The notes beneath the pieces were generated by a model, which was given only the letters and a program-made list of their open reading frames with translations, made no database searches and had not been told where the DNA came from. 64,000 nucleotides of DNA from the human T2T-CHM13v2.0 reference genome, Homo sapiens. Shown piece by piece: positions 27,377 through 43,134 of the stretch (its first letter is position 1; the number at the start of each line of letters is the position of its first letter). A program made the position numbers and the translations under genes. The DNA lies in NCBI RefSeq assembly GCF_009914755.1, contig NC_060928.1; one strand, written 5' to 3'.

Positions 27377-28797
27377 TGATCTAATCACCTCCCAAAGCCT
27401 TCACTTCCTAACACTATCACCTTGGGGCTTCGGTTTCAACACATGAATTTTGTGGGAGGACACAGACATTCAGAACCCAGCACCAAACAATGAATCACCA
27501 CAATCTAGTCAAGTTGACACGTGCAATTCGCCACCAACTGCTCCATTTTTTCTCTCCTGTATTCTTGTGCCTCCAATTACATGTTGTTAAATATCTTCTA
27601 CTTGGTCCCATATATATGTCTAATTTTCTGTATTTTTATCCTTTTTCTCTCTGCTTTAGTTTGAATATTTTTATATTTCTATTTTCTGGTTCACTTGTTC
27701 TCTCTTCTGATAGGTATACTGAGCTAACAATTAAAATTTTACTTTCTATTGTATATTTTTCAATTTTAGGATTTCCAATTGGCTATTTTTAAATAGATGC
27801 CAGTTTCTGGGGATTTTCTCCACCACTCTGCCTGTCTTTTGGCATTGTAATCATGGCTATTTTAAAGTTTATGTCTGGAAAGTTCAATACCTGGTTCTTC
27901 TGCTGTCTGTTTTTACTCTCCATTTTTCTCTTGATTTTCAGCATTTAATCATGTTGCCTGTCCTGCCTGGTAATTTTTTATTGCAGGCTGAAAATTGCAT
28001 ATGAAAAGTTATAGAGCTTATGGTTGGTGTTATATTCTTTCAGAAAGGGTTTAATTTTCTTCTTATTGGCACATAGAGTATGGCCAAATCATCTTTATCT
28101 AGTCACAGCTGGCCTGTTTCACATTTCCTCTTATTCTAACCCTTTTTAGGGTTTCGGTGGAAAGCTTGAGGTGTTTGTTGGGAGCCCTAATCCTTAACTT
28201 GCTGTGAACTCCAGTTTTTATTTCCCCAACCCCATGAGACTGCCATGTTCTCTGCTCATCTTTTAGCTTTAGAAGTTGCTTTATAGTGGGGTTCTCTGGG
28301 CCTCTTTCTGTGATTACACAGGATTTCTCTTGGGGAGAAATCATATACAGACTGTAGGACTCACTTCTCTGTGGTTCCCTGTCATCTGGTATCTAGTCCC
28401 TTATGTCATGGCCACTTTTTACTCCAAACTCTAATTTTTCCAGTCTGCAGCACAAAAGAGGGTCCTCATCAGAACCACACCATGCTGGCAACCTGATCTC
28501 AGCTTTCCATCTTCCAGACTTGTGAGAAATGAATTTCTGTTATCTATAAGCCAGCCAGTCTGTGATATTTTGTTATAGCAGCTTAAACTGATGAAGACCA
28601 AAACTGGTACCAAAAAGTGGGGGTGCCTCCTATAACAAATACCTAAAAATGTGGAAGCAGTTTTGGGTAATGGGTAGAAGCTGGAAGAGTTTTGAAGTGC
28701 CCACTAGGAGAGGTCAAAATTGTTAAGACTTTTGAAGTGCATACTAGGAAAGGTCAAAATTGTCACTAAAAACAAAAAACAAAAAACAAAAAACATA

Positions 28798-29081
28798 AAA
28801 ACAGGATCTTGCTTTGTCACTCAGGCTGGAGAGCAGTGGTGCAATCATGGCTCACTGCAGCCTTGACTTCCTGGGCTCAAGTAATCCTACTGCCTCCGCC
28901 TCCCCAGTGGCTAGGGCTACTGATGTGTGCCATCACACCTGACTAATTTTTTTGATTTTTAGTAGATAGATGGTCTTGCTATGTTGCCCAGGCTGGTCTT
29001 CAACTCCTGAGCTCAACTATTCTCCTGCCTTGGCCTCTCAAAGTGCTGGAATTACAGCACTTTTGGCCACTGTGCCTGGCC
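28798..29081 (-). mobile_element. AluJ inside the MaLR internal region
   Basis: atcatggctcactgcagccttgac...ttgctatgttgccc. Confidence 0.9.
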
Positions 29082-30546
29082 AAAAGTACTTTTAAAGATG
29101 ATTCAGAAAGGAAAGATGAGAGGTATTGAGAAAGCTTCTGTCTTCTTAGAGAATACATAAATAATCGTGTACAGAATGTTGGTGGAAATATGGCTAATAA
29201 AGGCCATTCTGATGAGGTGTCTGACAGGAATGAGGAACAAATTGTTAGACAATGGAAAAAAGGCAATCCTTGTTATAAAGTGGCAAAAAACCTTGGCTGA
29301 ATTGTCTTTGCATTCTAGTATTTTTGTGGAAGATAAAACTCGTGAGCAGTGAAAGTGGATATTTAGCAGAGGAGATTTCTAAGCCAAGTGTTGAAGAAGT
29401 CACTGGCTTCCTTCTGACCACTTAAGGCAAAACATAAGAAGATGGAAATGGCTTGAAGATGGAATTATCGAGCAAAAGGAACTAGAACTTAAAGATGTGG
29501 AAAATTCTCAGCCTACTCATATTGCAAAAATGGAGAAAGTGTGTTTGGAAAATAACACTAAGGGTGTGGCTAACTGACCATTTGATATGGAGGTCAGTAT
29601 AGGTGTGAACCATGGACTTAATCAACCAGCGGTTTCCCAGCAGGACAACTGTCAGTTTGAACTAAATAGGAAGGGGATGGTAAAGAATGAAGGAAAGTTG
29701 TTGGACTTTTTGGATTTTACAGGACAGGACTATAGAGCTATTCAGTTGTGAATGTGTGCTCTTGTTAAAGACAAGGGGAAGAATGAACCCAAGGGCAATG
29801 CAGAGGTCAGTAGGTTACCTTCTTAGTTTCAAAAGGAGGGACCATTGCCTTGCTTTCAACAGAAATGAGCTCCACCCAAAGCTGTTGGGGATACCACCTC
29901 CTGGCAGAGCCCTGGAGCTGCAAGTCCTGTCCAGCAGAGCTTTTTGGAGAAGACCACCTCCCAAGTGGGTCTGCAAGACTGTACCTCTGCCCCAGTGTGT
30001 CCAGTGGCCCTAGAGGGGAGAGCATCAAGCCACAGAGGATTATCTTCAGCCTGAAGACCTGGTGAAAGTTGTCTTGTGAGGTTTGGGACTCCCTTGGGAT
30101 CTGTTAACCCTTCTTTCTTTTCTATTTCTCCGTGTCAGAATGGGAATGTCTATCTATGTCTGTCTCACCACTGTATTTTGAAAACATGTTTGGTTTCACA
30201 TGTTTGCAGCTGTGAATTTTGCCTCAGAATGAATTGTACTCTGAGTCTCACCTTATCTGATTTAGATGATACTTAGATAAGAGTTTGGAGTTGATGATGC
30301 TAGAATGAGTTAAAACTTTGAGGGCTTTGGGGATGGAATGAATATATTTTACATGTGAGAAGGATATGATCTTTGCGGGGTTTGGAACAGAATGCAGTGG
30401 ACTAATGTTCGTGTTACCTCCAAAATTTCTATATTGAAATCTTAATCCCAATATGATAGTATTTGGAAATCAGGCCTTTGGGAAGTGATTAGGTCATGAG
30501 GGTAGAGCCCTGATAAATGAGATTGATGCTTTTATAAGAAGAGGCC

Positions 30547-32022
30547 ATTTCATATGGAACCAAAATAGATCCTGTATAGCCAAGACAATCTTAAGCAAAA
30601 AGAACAAAGCTGGAGGCCTCATGCTATCTGACTTCAAACTATACTACAAAGCTACAGTATCCAAAGCAGCATGGTATTGGTACCAAAACAGACATATAGG
30701 CCAATGGAACAGAACAGAGACCTCAAAAGGAACATCACACATCTACAACCATCTGTTCTTTGACAAGTCTGACAAAAACAAGCAATGGAGAAAGGACCTC
30801 CTATTTAATACATGGTACTGGGAAAACTGGCTAGCCATATGCAGAAAATTGAAACTGGACCCCTTCCTTAAACCTTCTACAAAAATTAACTCAAGATGGA
30901 TTAACGATTTAAATGTAAAACCCAAAACCATAAAAACCCTAGAAGAAAACCTAGGCAATCATAGGGATGGGCAAAGACTTCGTGAGGAAAACGCCAAAAG
31001 CAATTGCAACAAAAGCCAGAATTGATAAATGGGATCTAATTAATCTAAAGAGCTTTTGCACAACAAAAGAAACTAGCATCAGAGTGAACAGGCAACCTAC
31101 AGAATGGGAGAAAATGTTTGCAATCTACCCATCTGACAAATGTCTAATATCCAGAATTTACAAGAAACTTAAACAAATTTACAAGAAAAAACAAACAACC
31201 CCATCAAAAAGTGGGCAAAGGATATGAACAGACACTTCTCAAAAGAAGACATTTATGAGCCAGCAAACACATGAAAAGAAGTTCAACATCACTGATCGTT
31301 AGAGAACTGCAAACTAAAACGACAGTGAGATACCATCTCATGCCAGTTGGAATGGCAATTATTAAAAAGTCAGGAAACAATAGATGCTGGTGAGGCTGTT
31401 GGTGGGAATGTAAATTAGTTCAACCATTGTGGAAGACAGTGTGGCAATTCCTCAGGATATAGAACCAGAAATACCATTTGACCTAGCAATCCCATTACTG
31501 GGTATATATGCCAAAAGGAATATAAATCATTCTACTATAAAGACACATGCACATGTATGTTTATTGCAGCACTATTTACAATAGCAGACATAGAACCAAC
31601 CCAAATGCCCATCAATTGATAGACTGGATAAAGAAAATGTGGTACATATACACCATGGAATACTATGCAGCCATAAAAAGGAATGAGATCATGTCCTTTG
31701 CAGGGACATGGATGGAGCTGGAAGCCATCATCCTCAGCAAACTAACACAGGAACAGAAAACCAAACACCGCATGTTCTCACTTATAAGTAGGAGTTGAAC
31801 AATAAGAACACATGGACACAGGGAGGGGAACAACACACACCAGGGCCAGTTGGGGAGTGGGGGGCATTAGGACAAATAGCTAATGTATGTGGGGCTTAAA
31901 ACCTAGATGATGAGTCGATAGATGCAACAAAACACCATGGCACACATATACCTATGTAACAAAACTACACATTCTGCACTTGTATCCCAGAACTTAAAGT
32001 AAAATTAAAAAAAAAAAAAAAA
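30547..32022 (+). mobile_element. 5'-truncated L1PA (L1PA8-10-like), ~1.5 kb
   Basis: ORF2 C-terminal remnants, 3' UTR and poly(A) tail ending at 32022. Confidence 0.95.
30621..31798 (+). pseudogene. Disrupted L1 ORF2p C-terminal coding remnant
   Basis: Peptides [50 protein letters not shown] and WIKKMWYIYTMEYYAAIK in different frames. Confidence 0.92.
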
Positions 32023-32922
32023 GGACTGTGATCCAGCTAGCTTTCTTTCCACTATGTGAGGCTACTAGTAGAAGTTACTATGCAACCCAAAAGAAGGCCC
32101 TTACCATAACCTGACCATGCTGGCACCCTGATCTCAGACTTTTAGCCTCCAGAACTATAAAAAAGAAATGTCTGTTGTTTATAAGCCAGCCTTTTTTATA
32201 ACAGCCAGAATGGACTAAGATGATTCTTCTTATCCCAGTAAGATGCTGCCTCATGCTCTAGCTCACTGCTTTCAGTTAGGTCTCTGTGACCCCACATTGT
32301 GAAATATACTGCAAGGGATGAAACCCACAGGGGATGCAGCACTCACTTTAATGTTTTTCTCTGGGGTCTTGATCCCTCAAGTCTGGCCTGCCTGGGATAT
32401 TTTTTGATGCCTTCAAACAGACCTTTTAAAAAATTTTCAGCTTTTACAGTGGTTCTTGGTGACAAGTTAGGTCTGATAACAGCAACCTATCTTCAGGCAG
32501 ATGCAAAAGTTTGAATTAAGTTTTGCATAGTACTTGGCATGTAAGAAGTTTTTTATTCAGTGTGGGTTCTCTTCCCTGATGAAAAAAGGTTAATGGTTTG
32601 TCTGGACAGGAGAGGAAGAACACCCTAGCATTCTTTGATTTTTTTCTAGACATGCAGTTGTTCTCATTGCCCTGAAAGGAAGCTCACATTAGAGAATAAT
32701 TGGTGTAGAGTCGTTCGTTGCATGCATCATGCGTAGGACCAGGGTGGGGAAACATTAAGACTAGTAGGCACTACAGAGACCACAGGGGGTTCAAGGACCC
32801 TCTCATGATGTTCTTTAGTGTGTGCCTCTGAAATTTCAAGCAGAGATTGGGCCTACCTGCACATGTGTTTTTATCAGATTCTCAAAGGATCCTTGAGACA
32901 ATGCTAAGATCCAGCGATCTAA

Positions 32923-33657
<735 letters not shown>

Positions 33658-35241
33658 TTCTTCCTCTTCTTATAAGGACACCAGTCCCTATTGGATTAGG
33701 GCCCCACCCTTATAACCTCATTTAACCTTAATCACCTTCTTAAAGGCCCTATCTCCAAACAAAGTCACCTATTGAGGTTCTGAAGGCTGGGGCTTCAACA
33801 CATGAAATTTGTGGTAGACAATTTAACCCATAACAGAAGGACTAACCAAGATTATGGTTAGTGACAGCACTGAGGCTGAAGACGGACAGCCCCTAGTGCC
33901 TCCTTGACCCCCAAGAAGGAGGCCCTCAGCGGAAGGATGTGTTTTCTCAAGTCCACAGCTTCTGTGCCTACATAGTAGGTGCTCAATAAATATCTTATGG
34001 ATCCCAGGGGTTCTAACTGCAATCTCCTCTCAGTGCAATATATACATTTTCCCTTCCCTAAATGTAATGACTGGGGCCCAGAGTCAGCAAATGATTCACC
34101 TGCGATTACACAGTGACTTGGTTGCAGAGGGAGGGCTAGAACCCAGGTCTCCTGCCTCCAAACCCAGGGCTCTCTCCACCACCCCCAGGTGGGCCTCCTG
34201 CCCTCATTGCTAAAATCAGAGAAGAGGGAGCAAATCTGTGAGTCTGGGAGTCAGCACCGACTCATTTCCTCTTACAGGATATTTGTATTTAAATCTGTGT
34301 GCCAGGCCAACGAAGAGAAATCGAAGCCATGTGTGTGCAGTGGGCTCCCAGCAGCCTGGAGGGCTGGGGAGGTCATGGACCTGAGGCCGTGAGACAGGGT
34401 CACACTGGGGAGGGCTGATTCATTTGGCCTCCTGACTTTCCTATCCTCCCACCCGACTTCATTTTGTGATGCTGCGATTGTGTGTGTGTGTGTGCGTGCA
34501 TGCACACAAGCACACACATGCAGAAAATTTGAAAGAATTGGATGAGGTTTCTGCAACACTAAGCTAAACTAACTAGTGTCTGCAAACTAACATGTGAGTT
34601 TTCCAGCCTCAAATCCCAAATGAAAGAAATGCCAAGTTAGCTCGTGTCTTCATATCTGAGTTATAATTTGGAATAAAAATGAAAGTGAAATATTCTTAAG
34701 ATGTTGAGAAAAAAGTTTTTCCATTCTGTTTCCAGAATAGAGTTTAAAACAATGCAGCCACAGAGGCGGACAGCTTTCCGTGGAAAAGAGTAGATCTTTC
34801 ATGGATGGTTGAAGTTGACAGGCAGGCATCCTGTCTTTCAGGGCTGGGGCTGGGAATGGCGTTTCTGACTTCGCCATTGATGGGCTAGCTGGTGCTTGGC
34901 ATGTGACTGTCATCTGGAACTGTGATTTTCTCATCAGCTTTGGTTTGCTCATATGGAGGGAGTAGCATGTGTTAGGAGTCCCATCCCTGCCAACTGTTTC
35001 ATACACATTGCAGCATTTCATCCTCACACCCACCCTGTCATGTGGGTATTACCATCCCATCTTATAGGAGGGAAAGTAGGTACATGAAGGCACTCAGCTT
35101 TGAAGGATGAAGCTGGAAGACACCACCAACTCTTCTGCCTCTGTGGTGATCTTTGCAGTTTTTTGAGCAAGGATAACTGCATGATCTTCGGCAAGACCTT
35201 TAACATCTCTGTACTTTGGTGTCCGTGTCTGTAAAGGAGAC

Positions 35242-35832
35242 TGTTGGAGACCAGAATATGCCACCCCAAAACATGAAGGACTGTTGAGCCAAAGACAACT
35301 AAGAAGTGGATGCAGGAAGGCTCTCTGCCCTCCCTCTATTTGCCTAAAAGCAGGACATAGATTTACAAAGACAAGAGGTATTCCACCTCCACTCTGCAGG
35401 GAGAACAAAGGGTAACCATGGAAGACAATGTTAGAGCCCTATTGTCTGGAGATGGCACCAGGTCCAGCTTCGTTAATCCACCTTGATCTGCCTGTTATTG
35501 CCTTCCCACAAGTGGCTACCCCTAGAGACTCAAAGTCCTTTTTCCCTTTGTCTTGTCACTGTCTAAAAATGTGCTGGGTTTTTTTGTTTTTGTTTTTGTT
35601 TTTTTTGTTGCTGCTGTTGTTGTTGAAGATGCTATATAAGCTATAAGCAGGAATCCAAAGCCACCTTGAGAACTACTCGTTCCCTGGTTGTCTGCCATAT
35701 ATATGTGAAATATACTTGATAATAAACTTCGGTTTGTTTTTCTCTTCTTGTTAGTCTGTCTTTTGTTACAGGGGTCTGCTCCAACTAAGAACTTATGAGG
35801 ATTGAAGAATAAATTATTTTTCTTCTTCTACA
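35242..35832 (+). mobile_element. MER34-family ERV1 solo LTR inserted in a MIR
   Basis: tgttggagaccagaatatgccaccccaaaa...tatataag...aataaa...ttcttctaca; MIR text continues on both sides. Confidence 0.82.
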
Positions 35833-36265
35833 GGATCATGATAGTATCCACTTTAGGGCGTTGCTATGGGGATTAAATAAATAAAGCCCTGGAGCTTTAT
35901 TAAATCAAAAAGGTGGCACCTGGCACATAGTAAGCACTGAATTCAGTATTAGCTGCCACCGCTAGTCCTATCATCCTTCAAATCTGCACTGTGAAGGGTG
36001 GAGGCAAGTCCCTTTGGCTATAAGCAACAAACACCAACTCCGGCTAACAGAAGCAAAAAGGCAAGCTCTAGGGAGACTGTCCTAGCTCTTAGATTCAGGG
36101 AAAGGCTGACAAACCAGGCTTCAGAAGGACAGGACCTGCATGCCTGGGAGGATATGGGGAAGTTGAGCAACTCAAAGCCCATGCTGGTGTCAGTCAGCTC
36201 CAGCTTTCCATTCTGTGTCACACCTCTTTGTTCACGACTGAAGTCCAGGAGAGGGAGAAAGAGGC

Positions 36266-36741
36266 TGTGTAAGTTTCCCATTGCTGCTGTAACAAAATGA
36301 CCACACATCAGGGACTTCAAACAACACAAATACTTTCTCTCTTACGGTTCTGGAGGTCAGAAGTCTGAAATGAGTTTCCTTGGACCAAAGTCAAAGTGTC
36401 AGCAGGCCCGTGTTCCTTCTGGAGGCTCGAGGGGAGAATCTATTCCTTGCCTTTTCCAGCTTCTAGTCTCTGCCTTGGCTCTTGGCTCATTTCTCCATTT
36501 CCAAAGTGAGCAGTGTAGCAGCTTCTCTCCTATCTGACTTCTGCCTCCATCCTTACATCTTCCTGTTAAGAGACTTGTGATTACATTTGGTCTTTGTAGT
36601 TAAGCCAGAACAATCCCTCAGCTCAAGATCCTTAGTATAATCACAACTGCAAAATCCCCCTTGCCATGGAATTTCATGTATTTGCAGGTTCCTGGGACTG
36701 GGACAGGGACATGTTTGGGAGCCACCATTCTGCTGACTGCA
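36266..36741 (-). mobile_element. MLT1D-like LTR
   Basis: ttgctgctgtaacaaaatgaccac...ttctggaggtcagaagtc...ccattctgctgactgca. Confidence 0.85.
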
Positions 36742-36784
36742 GTGGCCACCCAAGTCCTTTAATTTACATACCTACCGCTGGCAA

Positions 36785-36957
36785 CGGCCTATGTCAGAAC
36801 CACTGGGAGGGCTTGTTGAAATGCGGATTGCTGGGCCCCACTCCCAGATTTTCTGATTCAGTGGGTTTAGGGAAGGACCTGAGAATTTGCATTTCTTATG
36901 GATTTCAAGGTGATACTGATGCTGCTGTTCCTAGAATCACATTTTGAGACCCCCTGG
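36785..36957. mobile_element. MER5A DNA transposon
   Basis: ttgctgggccccactcccagattttctgattcagtggg...gagaatttgcatttct. Confidence 0.85.
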
Positions 36958-38914
36958 GCTAAGAGAAGGTAGAATTCCTTGACTTGGTTTCCCACAGAGC
37001 CCACATATTTATGGGGAGAGCAATTTCCTAAAAGATCCATGGGAAGCAGAAGCCAGGAGAGAGGGAAGGGTTGCATGTGGCAGGGACTCCCAGGTCCAGC
37101 TTGTTAGGGGCTTCTGCTCTGGAAAAATGTGTGATGCACCAAGGAAGGTCTAAGAGGAAGGTGCTCAGAATGATAGAGGAGGGTAGAGAGAGGCTGACCG
37201 GGATCTTGGTGGTCACTGAGACCCACGGGGTGGTGGGTCCCGAGTCCTGGCTGGGTGCTCCATGGCCTGGCCACCAGTGCTCTGCTTGGAATTCTGGCTC
37301 AGTGGGACCCTGTACCGTGTGGTCCCAGAGATGCTGTTATTGGGACAATTTTGCCTGGATCTTGGAGCCAGAAAACAAGCCAGAGGGAGAATCTGCTTTT
37401 AATTCTCAGAAACGAGGAGGTTGGATCGAATGACCTGTGGGACCAGCTGACCTGCCTAGCCTGCGATCCTACACACTCGAGTCCCAAAGCTAATGATGTC
37501 ATAGCCCTGGGCTGCGTCCGATCTGTGTAGTTAGGTTGATGGGATTAATCAGCTCATGTTAACAAGCTGATGATCATGAAATAAAGATGACCATTTCAAT
37601 AGGATACTCGGGGCTGAGGGACTGAAGTGAAATCATTTGGACTTCTACAGAGGTCATGGTTGAATTATCACAAAACTTCCTTTACTCAAAGCAGATGCTT
37701 ATTAAGATTAATTTAGTGTGAAAAGTGAACCAGACTGAGTATAAAGGACATTGTCTCCTCAATTATGTAATAAGACACCTCCTCATTGTCCTGTACTCAC
37801 TGAAGATGATTGTGCATTTCCTCAGGGACATTTCAGCGCGGTGAGCTGAGCCACTGCGCAATCCCTCTTTTGGGGATGTTCAATGAAATCTCAGTGTTCA
37901 CACAAAGACAAAGTGGGCAGAGACAAAAGGGAACATCAACTGGGAAGGGGAAAAGGGGGCTGAAGACAGAACCCATCTTTCTGCTAAAACCACACATTCA
38001 GCAATTCCAGAGATGTCCGTTGTCTGAGGATGAAAAAAAGAACTGGGGAATGACTTTGCCTTCTTATAACGATGGTTTGTGCCAGTGACGGCTCATGGCA
38101 GTGGTCCCAGTATCTTGGGTCCAGAGAGGCTGAACAGGACCACTGGCTAGGACCACAGCTATTGGACCTACGTAGGCTCTAATCGTCTTTCTGGGCCTCT
38201 GCGGGGTTGGTCACCTTCTCACTTTTTTTTTTTTTTAACGTCAGTAAGTTCTATTCCTCTTGTTTGTCTGTGTTACAAAAAACTCCATTTTAAAACGTTT
38301 TTCTCTTTGCTCCCTAGACTTCCCCTGCCCAGGCTCTCCTCCCACTTTTTGGCTTCCTCTCCTAGTCCCTTCCCTGGCTCCTCTTCCAATGTTGATTGCA
38401 TGAGTATTGCTGTTCCCAGGGCTCCAGCCAGTCTCAGCTCTCTATTTCTACTCATGGAAACACTCTCTTCCTCAAGTTAGTTCATCCACCCACATGGCTT
38501 CTTCTGTCATTTTAAGCCTAGAGATACCTGGGAGGCAGTACAGTACCTCCCAGTAGTGGTATTTTTATTTAATGAAATAAAACCAAGAATCTCCCAGGTC
38601 AGTACTGAGAGGAGAGCTTCTTGGTGAAATGGGGCAGCTGGCCACATGGCCCTTGTCTGAGTTTTATTTTCTTTGGAATTCTTACTTTCTAACTCCCCAC
38701 TCCTCTGGGGCATGTCAGGAACAACCTGCTTTCTTGCAAATGTCTGACTTACTAAGTAGAAGCAAATTCCTTTCCCTTAGTTTTCCTAAAGCATGGTTGA
38801 GATGGAAAGAAGCTTTCTTCATATGTTCTAAGCACAAAGGAAAACACAAAGAGGAAAACACAATGAGATCAGGAAAGGTAAACAACTTGGCTTACAAGGT
38901 ATAAACTAACAGAG

Positions 38915-39450
38915 CTTGTATGAATTGTCTGTTGCTGTGTAATATAATTTATAACATAAAGTTTAATGTATAACATAATCACATATTATACTAATCATTT
39001 CCATGGGTCAGGAATTCAGGAAGGCCTTAGATAGGTGCTTCTCACTTGAGATTTTGCATGCAGTTGCACTCATATGCCACTTGGGGCTGCAGTTTCATCT
39101 GAAGGCTTGACTGTGGCTGGAGGCTACGTTTCCAAGGTGGTTCACTCACATGGCCAGCAAGTTCTTGCTGGCTATTGGCTGGAGGCCTCATCTCCTCTGC
39201 CCATGGGACTCTCCACAGGACTGCTTGAGAGTCCTCATAGCATGATGACTGACTTTCCTTGGAGGGAGCCATCATTGCAGGAGCAGCAATGCTTTTCATC
39301 TAACCTCAGAAGTCACACATTTCCATTTTCTTAATATCTGATTGCTCACAAAGAGGCAGCCCTGATTCAATATGGCAGATGACTACACAGGGCATGAATA
39401 TTGGGAGGCAGAGATCACTGGGCACCATCTTAGAATTTGGCTATGACGTG
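38915..39450 (-). mobile_element. MLT1F/H-like LTR
   Basis: catctgaaggcttgactgtggctggagg...ccaaggtggttcactcacatggc. Confidence 0.75.
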
Positions 39451-40574
39451 AGCCAACTTTTTCTTCAGGATTTGCAGGACTGTCCCACTCCATGAGGATC
39501 CCTGGGAAGAGAAGCTTTTTAGACCATTACTTTTTGATTTCACCCATAGCCACAAGTTAAGCACTAACTTGCTGAGAGCATTTAGGGCCACCCCTTCTCC
39601 AGCTTTATCTTTGGACATCAGAGTGGATGATTAATCAGTCTTACTTCTCAACTTATGGTATACTTTCATCCTTTGTCTATATGAGGCTCCTTTTTTGCTT
39701 TATTCATTTATTCTTTTTTTTTTAATCTCCAGTCTATACTTGTACTCTCTCTCTTGCACCCCCTCCCTGAGAACTGCCACAGGCAATCGCTTTGAAATGT
39801 TTGATGGCTGTCCTTGCGTTTTTATGCATGCTTATAAGTATGTAGCACTGTTTTGTCTGTTCATGGATTTGTCTGTTCATGGAGTTTTCATGAATATTGA
39901 ACTAAAAGATTTATTCCGTATCTCATTTTGTTCATTATCTGTGCACTCCAGGAAGGATGTCTGTTACATTTCTGTCATCCATCTTCCTAGTGATGGATGG
40001 ATACCCAGATTACCTCCAAACCCTCTGTTATAAGTGATACTTCAAAGAATCCCTTGTCCCTTCAGGTTCTGAGTGAGTATTTCTCTGGAGTTTCCATCCA
40101 GGTGAGGGTCCCTGGGAAGGCATGCTCATACTCCATGTGACTACAAAACAGCAGGCAGCTCTCCAGGGCACTCTCTTCTCCCAGACTCCAGTCCAAAGAA
40201 AAAGGATGTCTGCTTATCTCCCTTCCAGCCTTCCTGCTCAGGTCCAGGGTTTTGATTGAGAAATGCAGCTCCTCCAGGAAGCCAGATGAACTGTGGCCCA
40301 CACAGGGATGACAGTTCACCCTTACAGGTGCATTTGCAGGATATACCCTCACATGGCACCCGACATCTCCAGAAAATGACTGCCATTGCCGTGCTCTGAG
40401 AAGGCATTTCCTCCTGCTCCCAACTGCATGTTTCAATCCCTTACCTCTCTGCTGGAGGTCTGACCTGTTTATCCCATTCCCTGCAACACATCCCCCTTTG
40501 AATGTTCCAAAGGCCCCTCAGCTGCAACTTGTTCATACGAAGACTCTGCCTTCATGGCAATTAGTTGACCCAAT

Positions 40575-41450
<876 letters not shown>

Positions 41451-41467
41451 AGAAATATGGTGTAGTT

Positions 41468-41785
<318 letters not shown>

Positions 41786-43134
41786 TCAAGCACTGGTTTG
41801 GATAATTTAACACAGTGATTCCACTATTAGATATATACTGAAAAGAAATGAAAACAGATGTTCACACAAAAACTTGTATATGAATGTCCATAGTAGCATT
41901 ATTCTTTTTTTTTTTCTCACTTCATGGGACCCATGTTCTGTTCACCCATTGGGGTGCTGCTCAAGTTGAAAGCAACTTTGAAAACTGCCTTCCACATGTA
42001 TAAAACCCTGGCATAAATCCTTGTGCCGTAAGGAACTTTAGCAAGCACGTTGTCTGTTGCCTACTCATTTTGCAGAGGAAGAAATAAAAACTCAGAAATG
42101 TCAGGGGACCTGCTGATCCCATGCAGCAGGTTTGCAACAGAGCTGGGACTAGACCCGCTCTATGCCTGACAATTTCTGCTGCTTAAACATTTAAGTAGAA
42201 GGGTCTGGTCCTCATCCTTCCCTCCTTGCAAAGTGAGACCCGAACTGTAGCCCTGGAGGCCTGAAGGAATGAGGCAGGGGTAAAACTGTGCTCTGGCCAA
42301 GAAACTTGTTCGTTACAATGGAGAAGCAAACCATGTCTATCGCCTTCTCCTGAGCAGGCACCTCTGGGCCCCTGACCCCGTTTGAAACCACAGTCTGAAA
42401 CACGCTTCGTCTTTGCCAGGACAGACAAAAACTCACATTAAAGAAGCAGTGGGCTGCTGCCCACGCTGAGGTGAGGAGTGGGCAGGAGGCTGGGATATGC
42501 CTCCACTCCCAAGGGGCAGGGGCTGGCCAAGGCCAAGGGCAGGTGCAGATGGTGAGCGGGGAGGTGAGCCGAGGGTCACTCCAAGGAGAGTGGGGACTTT
42601 TGTCCCTTTTTGTCAGTGGGAGGCTGGGCTGGGAGAGGAGGCAAGGAACAGCACACTGTAGAAATGGAGAGTGAGGAATGGGAGAGGCCCAGAGCTCAGT
42701 ATGCAAGCTGTGTACAGCGGAGGTTGCCGGACTGTCTCTGATGGGCTGCTAGTGGGGTGGTGCTGGGGAAGGTTGACTCGCTAAAAGAAAGGCTGCTGCA
42801 GTCACATGTTATAGGGTACATCTGTGAGAATTAGGGAAAGGAAATTGCTCCGTGTCAATGCAGTCTTACCCAGGGCACATGGCTTGGGGATGATGTATGA
42901 AGTGGACTTTAGTTCCCTGGGTTTAGTTCCCTTGTTGTGCAGTGCACGGCTTGGACAAATACATGGGTGGCCTTGACTAAAAGGCTTTGGTTCAACCAGG
43001 TGCTTTTCTCATCGCAGCTTAACTCCTGGCTTCCTAACACTCCCCATGCGAGGCAGCCCCAATTCACCTCTAACCCTGGGAGGTGCCAGGAAACAGAGTT
43101 GGAGCCGCATCTACTGCTTGACTTCTCAATGCAA

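Larger units (their letters stand above)
28445..32220 (+). mobile_element. MLT1A-type MaLR element: partial 5' LTR, internal region, and 3' LTR split by L1
   Basis: LTR 3' half to ~28598, then aaactggtacc...aaatacctaaaaatgtggaagcag (MaLR-int start); 3' LTR begins ~30393 and ends gaatggactaaga ~32220. Confidence 0.8.

Noticed and set aside
30621-31798. Possible functional L1 ORF2
   Set aside because: 5'-truncated, lacks the endonuclease and RT core, frameshifted
34478-34522. Self-complementary (TG)n...(CA)n stretch
   Set aside because: Common microsatellite configuration; short and imperfect
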